Below are positions 37,957 to 53,080 of a stretch of 64,000 nucleotides of DNA, piece by piece; position 1 is the stretch's first letter; each line of letters opens with the position of its first letter. A program made the position numbers and the translations under genes. The stretch lies in assembly GCA_010093815.1 (NCBI GenBank), contig ML996576.1. One strand, 5' to 3'. Below the pieces are notes generated by a model. The model searched no databases. It saw only the letters and a list, made by a program, of their open reading frames with translations, and was not told the origin of the DNA. Source of the stretch: Pseudovirgaria hyperparasitica (taxonomy: Eukaryota).

Positions 37957-40900
37957 TCATTTCTTCTTTCCCTTGCTCTTCTTCTTGTTCTTTTTGGCAT
38001 TGCCATTTGTCTTCGGTGCTGGCGTCGAAGGATCGCTGTTCTCCTTACCGCCCGGGGTGGGAGGCGCGGAGTCTTCGTCTTCTTCTTCCTCTCCACCCTC
38101 CTCTTCCTCATCGCCAGTAGCTTTAGTTGCAGTCGCGGTGCCAGTAGGCTCATCAGCCTCGGAGGACTCTATATTTACTGCCTGGGGAGGCTCTTCAACA
38201 CTGTCTGCCTGGACCGCCATGGGCGCAGAGTCTGCTGGCGCAGTCTCGCTATCGACTGTGTCTTGTCCAGGAGTATCGTCCTTGAAAGAGACGCTTTTAC
38301 GTGGCGAAGGTCGCGGAGAGTCTTTCTCATCATCACTACTCGTCTTACTCGTAGAAGTTTCGCCTGTGGAAACGACTTTGTCGGTGTCTGCGGCAGCATT
38401 CGATGTCTCCTCATCCGTGGCACTGACTGCATGGTTTGCCGTATCGACGGTCGCCTTTATCGCAGACTCCACCGCGCCCTCGAGCTTCTGCAATGTTGAT
38501 GGACCTTCAGATGTCTTCGACTTATCTGTTTCCTCGGTGACAGCATCTTCATTAGTGGGAGCTACGGTGCTTGGGGAAACTTCATCGGACGACGGTGTAT
38601 CTCCCGTGTGGTCAATTTTAGGCTCGTCTACCACTTTTTCAGTTTCAGTAGTCACGTCGACCGGGCCAGGCACGACTGAGTCGTGGCGTTTCTCATCAAA
38701 AGTTAGAAGCTTGGCTTGCAGTGCGTCTTTCTCGCTCTTGTGCTGATCAATTTCGGTAAGGAGCTCAGTCTCACGCTTCTTCGTCTTCTCCACATCTGCG
38801 GCGACCTTCTCCCAGCTTGCTGTGTGCGCAGCCTCAAGAGCAGTAAGCTGCTCCTGGGTAGCTGAATGACTAACTCTAGCATCTTGAAGAGATTGTTTTA
38901 GTTGAGTGGCATGCTCGTGAGAATTCTCCAGCTCCAAGATTTTAGCTTTCAAATCTGTGCGCGCATCGTCGTGAGCCTTCTCTAGATCTTTGAGTGTCTG
39001 GCCATTTGATTCTGAGAGTGCCTTCTGCGAAGCAAGTTCAGTCTCCAATTCTGCAGTGCGAGCTTCAGCAGACTTCAGCTTTTCTGCCGTATCACGAGCT
39101 TCCTGTTGACTCTGCTCGGCTAGCTCCAATGATTTTTTGTGACTCTGTGACTCTTCCTCGGAGGCAGACAGAGCTTTTACAAGTTCGGCATTCTTGGCCT
39201 CAGTTTCAAGGAGCTTTGCCTCAGCTGCTTTAGCACTGGCAGATGCTTCCTCGGACATTTTCATTGCATTCTCGGCCTCAGTTGACTTCTCTTGCAAGGA
39301 AATGAGAGTTGCGTTAAGCTCAGCATTCTTAGCTTTTAGGTCCTTAATCTGCAATACGGCCGATTCGGCCTCTTTCGACGCTTCCGTAGCTTGCTGTAGC
39401 TTGGAGCTGAGGACTTCTAGCTCAGCCTTCAAGTCTGCAACCTCAGCTTCCCGGGAGACAAGACCTTCTGCAGCAATCTTCTCTTGGTCTTGAGCCTTCG
39501 TGACAGCTGTTTGAAGCTCATCATGCTTTTCTTTCAAGCTGGCTTGCTCTTGCTGGAGCTCGGCATATTTGCTTTCGATGACCTTTGCATTGGCAAGTTC
39601 GTTCTCAAGGTCTGTCGTCCTGGTAGCTTTCTCTTCAACCTGTAGCTTGGACACTTCCACGATCTTCGAAAGCTCTTCGACTTGGACCTTGGACGCAGTA
39701 ATCTCAGTCTGCGCAGCCTCGAGCTCTTTTTTTGTTGCTTCGAGGTTTGTTGTGAGAGTAGCAGCAGCAGCCTTCTGGTCTTCTAGCTCCTTCGCAACAT
39801 CTTCGACGTCGGAAGTCCTTTTTAAAGCTTCCTTCAGCTCTTCGTCCTTCGTAGAAAGTGATGCAACACTTTTGGCTATTTCATTCTCCATCTCGGCGAG
39901 CCTCTGTTCGAGAGACTCCACCTTTGCTGTTTTTGTGTCTAATTCAGACCTAATGCCATCGACCTTCTCCATACTGGCATCTCGAGAAGCTGTTAAATCC
40001 GCCAGCTGAACCTTGGTAGCGTCGTGAGCTTTGACATGGGCATCGCGTTCGATGGTAAGTTTGTCGAGCTCTGACTTGACAGACTCAAGAGACTCCGCAT
40101 GTCCATCTCGCTCTACCGTCACGCCAGCAAGCTTCTGCTCGCTAGCTTCTGCAGCACTTTTGTGTTCTGAAAGGGAAGCTTCGGCCTCAGCAAGCATAGC
40201 AGTGATCTCCGTCAGCTTAGCTTCAGTCGACGCATGAGTTTCCAATAATCCGTCACGTTCTTTGACCACCTCTGCAAGCTGTGCTTTCGTTGCGTCGTGA
40301 CCTTGTACAAGGGAGTCCCGCTCAGCAACGACGGCATCAGACTCTGAGAGCTTCGATTCAAGTTGAGCAATCTTCGACTTCGCATCCTCGTGTGCCTTAG
40401 CTTGCTCATCCCGATCGGTGGTAAGGCTGGAAATAGCGGCTGCTTTCTCTTCAGAGGATGAAAGGAGTTGGTCGCGATGATCTTTATGGGTTGCAAGATC
40501 AGCCTCAAGCACTGCTAGAGCCTTGCCGTGGGCATCATCCTTTTCAGCGAGCTGTGATTTTACTAGCTCATGTTGCTCTTGGGCATCTTTCAAAGCGGCC
40601 TTTGTTTCTTCGAGGGATGCCTTTATGTTCGCTAAATCTGCTGTAGCAGCTTGAGATGATTGCAGGGCAACATCTAACGCTTTCTGGCTCTCTAACTTGT
40701 GTGACTCGAAAGCTTCAAGTTGATCCTTGGAACTGGTACCAGCTGTCTCCAGACTAGCTTGGAGCTCTTCAAGCTGGCCCTTGAGCTGGAGATTTGATTC
40801 CTCTGCGGTGGCAAGTGCGGCTTTGAGAGTTTCTTCCTGAGACGTATGCTCGGTTGTAAGAGACTCAGCAGCAGCCTTGGCGGCAGCAAGCTCTTCACTC

Positions 40901-42468
40901 AACGTGGATCTTTCTGCGCGCAAGATGTTCAGCTGCTCTGAGAGATCTTCCTTGAGGCCAGCCATCTGGGCCTTGATTTGCTCATTGGAGGCTTCTGCAT
41001 TGGCAAGAGCAGCTTTAGAGTTTTCGTGCTGCGTCGTGAGTTGTGATACCACGACACCATGGTTCGCCTTTGTGGACTCGAGAGCCTTTGTAAATGTAGA
41101 CCGCTCCCGTTTTAGTTCGTCGAGTTGACTGCGGAGTTCTTCCACTTCGGCTTTGACATTGTTGGTCTCGGAAAGATCAGCTTCGAGATCGGCGATCTTG
41201 GCTGAGGCATCGTTCAGTTGCACGTGAAGGTCTGCCCGCTGTTTAGAAATCTCGTCGTGAGCAGCTTGCTTGTCGATGAGTCCTCGTTCTAGGTCACCAA
41301 TACGTGACTTGTGAGCGGTAAGCTCGCCATTGCTGGCCATCTCAAGGTCAACGTTGCGAGCCTTGAGAGACTTTAGCTCCTCACGCGCTGCATCCCGGTC
41401 TCGAATCATGGCCATCGATTCGCTCATCTGTGCTTTGCGCATATCCTCCTGGTCAACACTTAGCGGCTAGTTCCATAGACGTCGGTCTGTGAATACTTAC
41501 AAGTTGTGACGAGTAATCCTGCTGGCATTCTGCCATGACAGCTTTGCGTTCGGACTCTCTGGCCTCCTTTACCTGCTGCACAACAACGGAGACCATGTGG
41601 TCCTCGATAGCCTTTTTTTGTTGGTGAAGCGTGGCGTTCTTCTCTTCGAACTCTTTCTGAAGCTCGTCTGTCTTCTTGTGAGAATTTTCAATAGCTTCAT
41701 GCTGAGACTTGATGAGGGTGGCAGCCTCTTCCAACTCTTTTTTGTACCAAGCTAGGTCCTCCTTGAGCTTCTCAGGAGACTGTTCTGCCTTCTTCGAACT
41801 TTCCGAGGGAATTTCCGAGACTTCGTGAAAGACGTCATGCTCTCCATTCTCAGCTGAAGCTGAAGTTGGCGGAGGGCCCCGCGTGATTGAAGCGTTCTCA
41901 GGTTTCACATTCTCCTTGTTAGTCTGTGCATCCGAATCGTCGGCCTGCTCTTTCTGGTTGCCGTGGCTGCCGCCAAACATGTAATTGTATGCACGGCGCA
42001 TACTGCCTGAACGCCTTGGTTTGCTGTTCGTACGCTGAAGATCGGAGGACCTTCTCGAATGCCGAATACGATCAAAAGACTTGCGTCCCGTGGTGTGTGG
42101 ACGTGAATCTGTAGATTTGCGGCCAGTCGGTGCTTCGAGAGGCTCGCTCTCAGGGATTGGAGGTGGTGGTGGCAGAGGGATTGTACGCCCGCTTAAGTCT
42201 TGGTGCGTTTCTTGCGTTGTTTGCTCGCCGGTGGTCGGTCCGTCGACCGGGGAAGTCGCGACGGGAGAATCTGGCTCCTTGGGACTTCGCCCACTTGCAC
42301 TTCCCAATCTACCCAGCTTCTGTGAGCCGTACTGTATATCAGACAGAACGCTCTTGTCCTGCTTGGGAATACTGCAATAGCTGTGTCAGACACTTCGGAG
42401 TACTGTACAGTGGATATGATTTACTCGTTGCTTCCGCTGAGCGACCAACGGTTCCAGAAACTCGGCAT
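37957..42468 (-). CDS. Uncharacterised long coiled-coil protein (about 1450 aa, 3 exons)
   Basis: ORFs 37957-41442 and 41453-42307 are joined in frame by a GTAAGT..CAG intron. A short upstream exon (MPSFWNRWSLSGSN) splices in frame. The body is heptad-rich in E/K/A/L, with an acidic tail and a terminal KKNKKKSKGKKK. Start codon is tentative. Confidence 0.8.
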
Positions 42469-43718
42469 GCTTAGGTGTTCAAGGTTGAAGGTAGAAAAGT
42501 ACCAACACTGTTTACAAGACAGTGAAGGAAGTAAACAACTCAGCAGAGATTTCTTTCAACGGACCAAGACAAGTCAGTTGCACGACACAGTGACTATTAA
42601 GAGAACCAGCCAACTAGAGGCACATGCTTCAGTAGAGCAGGGTCAAGGTACCAATCATAGTGGAACACGCGTGGGAATTGTGAATTGTGAATTCAAAGCA
42701 GGCAGTCCCGCATCATGCATGCTGCCAGTATCATGAAGACTTCGCGGCGGCCAGGCCCGCACGAGTAAAGCTGCGGGGCCTGCATGCTGCAGTGTGATGC
42801 GCTGGCCTGACCTCCTTCAGTATAGAGTAGAAAACGATAGTTTGACCATTAGAAGAGAATCATCTTCAACAGAGAACACGAATGAACATAATTCTGGAAG
42901 GAAACGCCGGTCGATAATGCAAAGCCGGCGCCAGATGATGAAGTTGAGGTTGTGGTGCAACAAGGTTCAAGTTGAGAAAAGGCGTTAGTGTTGACAACTC
43001 CGCACGACCCTGACAGTTAACTTTTAGCTGTGCATGGGTACCGAATCTGATCTAGAGCGCCCCTGAGTCAGCGGTCCATCATCTCCGGTGCGAACCTCTC
43101 ACCGCCAGGCGGCCGCGACTATCAATTATTGATCGTCGTGTTTGTCGTCAACGACTCATGTTTTCCTTTCTATGCACCTCCATGGTTTTAAGAGCCGATA
43201 TGTGTTTATGGGAACGTTATCGGCACAACTCTACTCTAAGCACTCTTCAACAAAGACAGCCGAGCTCCGGTTCGAGCCTTACACCGCTGGCATACCCTGA
43301 TTAGCCAGATTTATACTGCAGGGACAGCCAAGCCTTTTAGCTTTGCTGCCATCATAGTACTGTAGAACTGTTTCATGCCAGCGCATCCATGCAAGCAAAT
43401 GCTGAGCAGTGGTTGATTAGGGCAAGGCTCAAGCTGCGTCATGTTGTGCCAGCTGTCAGCTACCCCTGTGCGTTCCGGGCAGCATCCTCGAGCTGGGTTG
43501 AGAACCGCTAACCGGCAGACATCATGTAAACGATCTTGTAACTGCACACTGCTACAAAGAAATAAGGCTGAGGTCTAGTTCTATCAGCATGAGCGCAACC
43601 AATTATGGTCTGTCCACCTTATATGGATGTAGCTTCTGGACGCGTGTTAGTCGCGAAACTTCTGTTGATGTACATTGTAAATGTGTCTTGTATACATTTA
43701 TATATTACACCATTCTCC

Positions 43719-45149
<1,431 letters not shown>

Positions 45150-45529
45150 AAAGAGCGGACCTTAGTTAACAAAGGATTATGACAACCATTGATGAGAGTA
45201 AGCAATTTAAGATTTAAGATCGTGAAAGCTTCGTAGAAGTTCGCAATCACGTGCGATATCTTGAACGTGAGCCTTGGCAGACTGCGCCACTGCCTCGCGG
45301 CAATGACGATGCTTTGTACAGCCACGCAATACCCTCAAAGACAAGAAGTTCAAGATAATATTGGTACCTGCCCTTGTTCACCTGACTAACGACCGTCTCC
45401 CTGGTATAAACATACAGAAGTCTTTGTCCAACTTCACACGTCTAAAGGAGTTTACTCGCGCGTACCAGAATCGCTAAAGCCCTTCGTGCTTCGTATAATC
45501 ATAGTTGCATTTCTTAAGACATCGCGAGC

Positions 45530-46525
45530 ATGTCGTGGCAAGGTACGATCGTCTATCTTTGGCAAAGTACAATTCCTGACATTCGCTTTACTGGTAGGAT
45601 TCAAGAAAGGCGTCAATCGCGCTACCACCCAGGTGCTTATGAAGACTGGGCAAGTTGAGAGGACAAATGACCGCGACTTCGAAACGGAATTGAGGTGAGG
45701 AGTCTAACTTACCAGACACAGTCAACCTCTTACACTGTAACAGGCGATTTCGAGTCATGGAAACAGCGGCGAACAAGTTACAGAAAGAGTCAAAAGGATA
45801 TCTAGACTCCTTGAGAGGTGGGGCATCAGTATACACGGCCTCGATATGCTCCCCGATCTGACTATATTGATAGCAATGACCGCTTCGCAGATGCGCATAG
45901 CAGAGACTATCGACGCATTCTATGGCGACGCTGGTGCCACAGACGGTGTTTCGCGAAGCTACAAGGAAGCGGTTTCAGACCTCGACGCAGAAACGATAAA
46001 GGCACTTGACGGCCCGTTCCGGTATACTGCCAGCAGACCCTCAGCAGGGTAACAGAACTGACAGTCTCCAGTACCACCGTTCTCGACCCTATATCCCGCT
46101 TCTGCTCCTACTTTCCCGACATCAACGCTGCCATTACCAAGCGCGAACACAAACAGATGGATTACGACCGTATGCGCGCACAGGTCCGGAAACTGACTGA
46201 GAAGCCAGACAAGGATGTAACAAAGCTCCCTCGGGCTGAGAAGGATGAACAACTTGCGAGAGTGCAATATGACCAGCTCAATGAAACCCTTACCACCGAA
46301 CTACCACAACTTATCGACTTGCGCGTGCCATATCTGGATCCCAGTTTCGAGGCACTCGTTAAGATCCAATTGCGATTCTGTGCGGAGGCATATAGCCGTA
46401 TGGCACAGGTGCAGCAGTATCTGGACGCGGACACGAGAGACCAATATGCACAAGGGAATCTAGACGCACGGGTGGAAGAGGTTTTGCAAGAAATCCGGGA
46501 CTTGAGTATTGCGGGAACTGTCTAA
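45530..46525 (+). CDS. RVS161: BAR-domain amphiphysin-like protein (Rvs161/Hob3), 5 exons
   Basis: MSWQGFKKGVNRATTQV, KGYLDSLRAMT, ELPQLIDLRVPYLDPSFEALVKIQLRFC. BAR domain only, no SH3. Confidence 0.95.
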
Positions 46526-46892
46526 ACCACAGAAACATGGACAAGGCATGGACAATTGTACTACGCGGAGTTACATGGATGTTATAGTGTCACATTGGGT
46601 ATTCGCTACGGCATACTGCGCATTATTGCCTAATATTACATACTTGACCGAGGGTAGTCACAGATCAAAAACCTTGGATGCGCGCATGATCTCTGTTGTA
46701 CACTTCCAACACTGTTGTAGCCTTCCAAAAGCTCCTTATACGCTTGCTGGCTACATTAGCCTTTCTATGATGAAGCATGATGAGGCACTCCTAACGCCAT
46801 GAATGCAAATCGAATCAAACGCTTTTCCAGCACATAAGAAGGATCCTGCGTGAAAAATATATCCCTCATGCCTCCGGAGCTTGTGTGGTCGG

Positions 46893-48317
46893 TTATTTGC
46901 TCGGGGCAGTAGTGCCATTATGATCCGAAGCCTGGCCTCGGTTGCTCTGATCGGGGGATGTAGTAAGATCAGTGGTGCCCATTGGGGGAGCACTGCTCAA
47001 GTCCATGGTAGCATGGTTATCATTCATACTACGGGAATTGCTACTGGACGCTATGGTAGATGCGTCATGGAAGTTCGTACTCATACCCATGGATATAGCC
47101 GGGTTGACGGAGTTCATGATTGGAATCGTGGTATCCGGGATCGGTGCAAATATGGGGTGCAAGGCATAAACTGGCGCCTTACAGTCATCCCCGTTGAAGA
47201 GCATGAGGTTTTGAATTGGTTGCTCTCGTTGGCCTAGAACATTTATAACGTCTTGCGCGAGCTGGCCGCCCAAAAACGCGGCAACAGGAGAGAGTTCGGA
47301 ACCGAGGTTTTGCAAAAAACTCCGCAGGAACTCGGACTTAAGGGTCTCTACGGGTAATTGCAATTCTTTATGTGTCTCTGTAGCTTGCCTGGTGAAAGCT
47401 TGGAGGTCTTCTTTTGAATGTGTCGGTAGACGTTGAAATAGCTTCTCAAACTCCCAGAGAGCGCGGACACAAGTCAGCAAAGGGGAAACTTGTTTCATCC
47501 GTCGGCGGTTATTTAGTACCTCTGGTGGTAAAGGTGAACTTGTTGCAAGAATGAGCGGCGAATATATTTCTCTTTTCGAAACCAATTCGACGGGTAAGCG
47601 CTTTCCATTCTCTCGCTTAACATTCACAGCGATTATAGATCTTGTAGAGCTTTCAGCTTGTATCTTCGTCTCAATATTCGATTTTTCTCGCTCTATGACA
47701 AAGTCATGCTGTATAAGGTCGGCGAAGATGAAGCCGTAGAGCCCATGAACTCCGGCTGCGTAGAACGGGCGATTCGAAAGTCGAGCTGCGGCGCTGAGTT
47801 GGGAGAACGTATTGAAGTTCAAGTCCGTCGCAATCGTTACATCGAAGGGGGCGAAGTATTCAGGCCCTTTGAGTGTTACGTCCTCAATGTCTGTATATAT
47901 CGCTACCCTTGGATTCAGTTTCTGCAGTTGGGGTTGCGCAGCTAGGGCGCGATTTTTGCCAACGTCCGCCGTAGATATCGAGAAATGTGAGCCTAGATCT
48001 TCTTCGGTGACGATAGCGCCGTCTATGATGGTGAGGGACGCAATGCCTGCGAGGACAAGATTCTTGGCGACTTCGTTCCCAAGAGCTCTGATGTTTACGA
48101 GTAACACATTCGCATTGCGAATCCTAGGATAACTTTAGTACAGAGCACTACAAGCTGGATTCATTCTGAGTATCCGCACTTTTCTTGCGCTTGAACGCCC
48201 CAAAGTCTGATTTGGCGGTCATACAGCGCAATTTCATCTAGGTTTGTTAGAAAAGGCTCTTGCTACAGTGTTGAGACTCTGTGACGAACCTGCGCTTATT
48301 GCCTGAGCGGTCATCAT
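46893..48317 (-). CDS. AOS1: SUMO-activating enzyme E1 subunit 1 (Aos1/Rad31), 3 exons
   Basis: DEIALYDRQIRLWGVQAQEKIR, EVAKNLVLAGI, LQKLNPRV and PVAAFLGGQLAQDVIN. Confidence 0.92.
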
Positions 48318-48791
48318 ATTATCATGGTCTTTTGTACCTGTCGGTATAGCGTTGCGATTGATCGTACGTCGTAGTTCGAAGGAGTAAAGCTATTCTCTAA
48401 AACAGGGATCTTGCGCTAAGCAGATAAGCCTTAGATCCGGCTGGGGATTACGGCGGACCATTATTGACGTTGTGCAGCTAAAATTAATTCTGCTCACCCC
48501 TCATTTTTAATAGGCACGCAGCCCTTAGATGAATACGTTATTAATGTCACCTACGTCCTACGGTGCTCAGGCTTGCGGCATAGCCATTCTTCTACACAAC
48601 GACACCACCACCACCTCTAACCCTCGTCAAATCCTCAACCGTTCAAGTCACTTGCACAATCACTTTCACGCCCATTCACCTTTTTTCAAGCACTGAGCTC
48701 GGGCTGACCGCTACTACCGGGGCGTCAGACGTACAAGCTTCACCCAGGCCCTTGTACATTACCACCAGCTTCGCTTCACACATGGGCCCAG

Positions 48792-50593
48792 ATGAGTCGA
48801 CACGGGGCCAGCACACCCTTTGCGAACTCGGGTATATCTAGAAACTTTGACTTTCCACCTGCAACGAACGCCTCTGCTGCACCTGCATCATTCACGTCGA
48901 ATCTGACATCCAACACTACCGATCCTACGATTACCTCACCATTTCAGCGAGATCTTCTGCAGCGGAATAGGAGAGAACGGTCCAACATCTTTGACAACAT
49001 ACGCCGGAGAGATCATTGGAGTCCGGCTGCTCCGATGCCCCCACGTCGCCGTCGATCTGATAGACGGACAACAGACCAGTCATCTCATGATGATTCCGCA
49101 AGTCTTCCGGAGCACCCGCCGCCTTCACGACTTACACCGACAGACAGAGTTCGAGAAAATCATGTCGCACAAATGCGCCGCCGCAGGCGCGAGCGCGATG
49201 CTGAAAATGCCGCTCTATTCAGATCATTGCAGGAGGCAAGTCACACATTAGATGGTATTGCAAGTATGGTCGAGCTTGCCAACTCCAATCATCAACACCA
49301 ACCTTCCACGCGAACTCTTGGTCGGTCCGTGGGGAATACATTTCCTATGTCAGATGTGGAAGATGCTTCTTCCACAAGACTAAAGCGCCGCAAGCTCGAC
49401 CACTCTCACGACGAACCAGCTGCCTTTAATGGTTTCTCGTATGGCCATTTTGGCCAAGTCGTTCCCGGTAGGCTGAGAATGGAAATTGTCAGTTGTGACG
49501 GCGGCGAATATGCCGATGCAGATTCCAGATCGGTCTTATATCGCCCAGAGAATATATTGCGAAACGATCGGAGTGTCTATTGTACCAAGAGCTCTGAGTG
49601 TAACATACTACTCCAGCACCAAGGCGGCACAACTTTCTGCGTAGAGCAAATTGTCATCCGGGCCCCTAGAAAAGGCTTTACTGCACCGTAGGTATCCTCG
49701 AAAAGCTGTCTATGCGCTGCTAACATGGATCAGAGTACAAGAAGGATTGATATTTGTCGGAATGTCTGCAGATGAGCTCACAGAGCAGAGTTCACGTTAT
49801 GAAATTACACAACATGAGAGTAGGCATTGTGATCCGTGGTCGCCAGAATTGACACCAGACGATGAACCGATATCTTTGCTTCAGAGTTTACAAGATCCTG
49901 AAGTATGGGAGGGCTCTCGCCAACGTCAGTCAGAGCGAGCTCAAGCAGACTTTGATCGTGCAGAGCGTGACCAAGCTTGGACTCGGCGGCGGATGGAGCA
50001 AATGTATGTTTCGAGACATGATGAACCCTCACAATCCCTGTCACGTTCAGAAGAAAATTGCGATTGGCTTCTCCAGGACCACACTGCTCATGCGAGTGAT
50101 GCCAACCCTGATGATTCATATGCTATCGACCCGGTGACAGATGATGATTCAAGCGATGTCGACGAAGAGTCCAGCACAGCTGTCATTGCCGACCGCATGA
50201 GACGTGATGCAAGGGCCCAGGATGACACCGACTTCGATGTTGACTACACACGGCAATGGAGGGAGACCCGAGATAGGTACGGATATGCTCGTTCTATCAG
50301 GAGGTCGGAACCCAGACAAATCGAACCGCGAGCAGACTCAGGAAAAACTGTGACATTGCCGCCGAGTGCCAAGTTTTTCATGGAGAAGAACAAGATCACG
50401 GTCAAGTTTCCGACACCGCTGTAAGCCTTGTTCCTCCTGCTACACGTACAGTATTGACGCGACATGTAGTTCAGCGAAATACATACTGCTCAAGTTCTAC
50501 AGCTCTCGCCCGCAAGGGAATATCGACGTTCAGAGTGTTGTCACGTATGGATTTGCTGGTCCACGATACTTCCCTGCGTGTGAAATGAGATGA
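48792..50593 (+). CDS. Uncharacterised fungal protein (3 exons) with a putative split beta-sandwich domain
   Basis: ORFs 48792-49691, 49651-50424 and the last exon (AKYILLKF...FAGPRYFPACEMR*) are linked by short GT-AG introns. It contains an NLS-like LKRRKL. Confidence 0.75.
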
Positions 50594-51096
50594 GTGTCTG
50601 GTATCCTGCGATTCTCACAGGCGCTTCGAATATTGTTAGAATGACGAAGTTGCATGACTACTGCACGACTGCGGAGTTTCTGGACATATTAAGGGTGTAA
50701 AACAGGTCAACAGACAGGCGCACATAGCGCAAGCCCTTCATTGAACCTGTTCGACATGATCTCATCAACTGGTCCTGGATGTCTCCTAGCAACCTATTAG
50801 TCGTTGTCTAAAGAGTTTGCTTTGACAATCACTGCTTATATACATACCTTTTAGAAAGGTGCCGATGGACTATCTCTTCAACGCGTACTACTCAATGGTG
50901 TGCATTGGTCACACAAACTGTATTCCAATGAGAGCAATATATTTCGTAAATACCTGCCTATGCAGGAGACTTGGATGAAGTGCGGGCGCCTGACAAGGGG
51001 AGACTATACTATCTTCTCTCGCACATGCAGAGTCTAAAGGTCGAGGCCAATATCATACTCTAGAACTTGATCCTACACTGTAATCGTCGCGCGACT

Positions 51097-52745
51097 TCAT
51101 TGCGTCTTCTTAGACACGTTTTCATGGTACCCTCCAGTCCACACTCTCAGCAACTTCCACAATACCCATAGCGACCCTAACGCAATCGCAAATACTGTTC
51201 CAATCTCCACATACTGTGCGTCATCAAGGTTCAGAATCGGGACCCGCACATGTTGAACCAGGATCTTTGTCGGTGCTGTAGGTACATGGTAGAACATTGT
51301 CCTAGGCCCAAACAATCCGTCGTATCCCAGATTTACCCTATCGAACGGGTTCACATTCATCTTTGTTCCCTCATCTGCCACACATGCCCAGAACACAATC
51401 GGCCACGGAACTGGAACTTGAATTTGACCCAAGGTAGCATTGCTCGGAGATAGATACCTCAGATGTAGCGGTATGGACACTGTCAGCTCTTCATCAGCCG
51501 AAGCACTAGTACTGATTGAGGTTGAGAGCTCTAAAAGGGCGGCTGAACCCCACGTCTTGATAATCCAGTCAGGCGCCTCTAGATCTGTCTCACCTGCAAT
51601 CGAGTGCAGGGCTACTAGGTTTTGCGAAGCTAGAAATAGCGGGTCGGAGAGTTGGTACTTATCAATGAAAAGGTATGACGGCAGCGTGAGGTATGTATGC
51701 AGAGCACAGGATTCACCTGGGCTTTCCAGTTGAGAGGAAGGAAAGATTAGCTGTAGTACAGGATGGAGCCCGGTTGGGTCACGGAAAGCTGTTCGGTAGT
51801 CGAGCTCCGATGATTGAGGGAGTGGCTGATGCCGGGACGGAAAGGCAAACAGCGTTGGACTCGGGTGATCGTCCTCGCCAATGACGGTGAGAAAACCACC
51901 TAGTTTAAGCTCTTCAGGCTCTGTTGGAGTTTCTGAGTTCAGGATGCCAACTTCGGTTTGATGTGTTGGGCCAAGCTGAGAATGCTTGTCTGTCCAACCG
52001 TGAGAGGAAGGGGCGGAGTCCCAGAATGCTGTGAATGTTAGGGCGTGAGAGATCGTGTCATAGTCAATGTCGAGATAGGCGGCACTGGAAAGTGACTGCA
52101 TTTGTTTAATGCAGGCATAATCGCGGCCTTTACAGACTTTGTGCGATAGATATGTGATAAGCTCAGCGAGGCTGGAAAGCATTGTATGATACTGTTGAGA
52201 TGCACCTGTGGCAAAGCGTTCGGAGAGGATTGAGACATTAGTGAACGTTGTCTAATAGACTTAGTATTTTGGTTGCCGAGAATGGGGACACGCACTGCTG
52301 GATTGATACACTTCAGGTCATCCCCGAATATCTGCTTGAAGGCTGAGCAGAAGAAGTTCCTAGACCTAAGTCAGCAGACAAAATGAATCCTTGCAAAACG
52401 ACATACTGAGAGCTCCCTAGTTGTGGAGTGTAAAAGAGATGCATTCCTGAAGATGACCGTGACAGTAAAGGAGACACATGGTAGTAGGGCGTGGGCCGCG
52501 TCCACCGAAGGTGAAGCTCATAACATTCTGATAAAGCTCTCCGAAGCTAATATGCCATTTAGTAGGGTCACTTTACTGTTCATACAAATACTTACTTCGG
52601 GGGGAAGTTCACTCAAACCGAGTGTTATCCGATGCTCCTTCGCGGCATCCAATGAGTCTACAGAAAGTGCATCGGACTTTACTTCAATTTGAGATATATC
52701 AAACTCAGACGGATCATGCAGAAAGTATGTAATTCTGTGTTTCAT
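51097..52745 (-). CDS. PBN1: PIG-X/Pbn1, GPI mannosyltransferase I subunit (4 exons)
   Basis: MKHRITY, ELHLRW, PTGLHPVL, FIDKYQL, GETDLEAPDW, IPLHLRY, NPFDR, a C-terminal TM and a KKTQ ER-retrieval-like end. Confidence 0.92.
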
Positions 52746-53080
52746 TTTCGGTTCCGAAAACCAAGCTTGAACTCTAGCTAAGATGCGTAGTTGGTCTTAA
52801 TAACAAGAAACCCGTCTTGCAAGCTCCTAGCATCAGACATGACCTGAAACCAACCACTGAGCTAAACTATTTGCTGACAATGTCCACCAATGTGGGTCTC
52901 CCCCGGAGAGCGGACTAAAACTTCACGTGATGATTCGGCGCCATATGCCCGACGATACTCCGGCAAGCGAGCTGCGCACAGTTTTCGATCTCTTAGCCCA
53001 CTTGGAACTTTACGACCGGATTCACGATACCACGACCTCGACAACCCCTTGCGACACCACCCAGAACATCTGTCGCAATC

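Noticed and set aside
43265..43285. B-box-like GGTTCGAGCC suggesting a tRNA or Pol III gene
   Set aside because: Flanks do not form a T-stem or acceptor stem, and no A-box or cloverleaf is evident. tRNAscan-SE would settle it.
46766..46790. Two ATGATGA box C-like motifs (possible C/D snoRNA)
   Set aside because: No suitably placed box D with terminal stem, and no recognisable rRNA guide.
50781..50793. RFX X-box-like GTCTCCTAGCAAC
   Set aside because: It lies between two convergent 3' ends rather than in a promoter, and no convincing X-box is present upstream of RFX1 itself.
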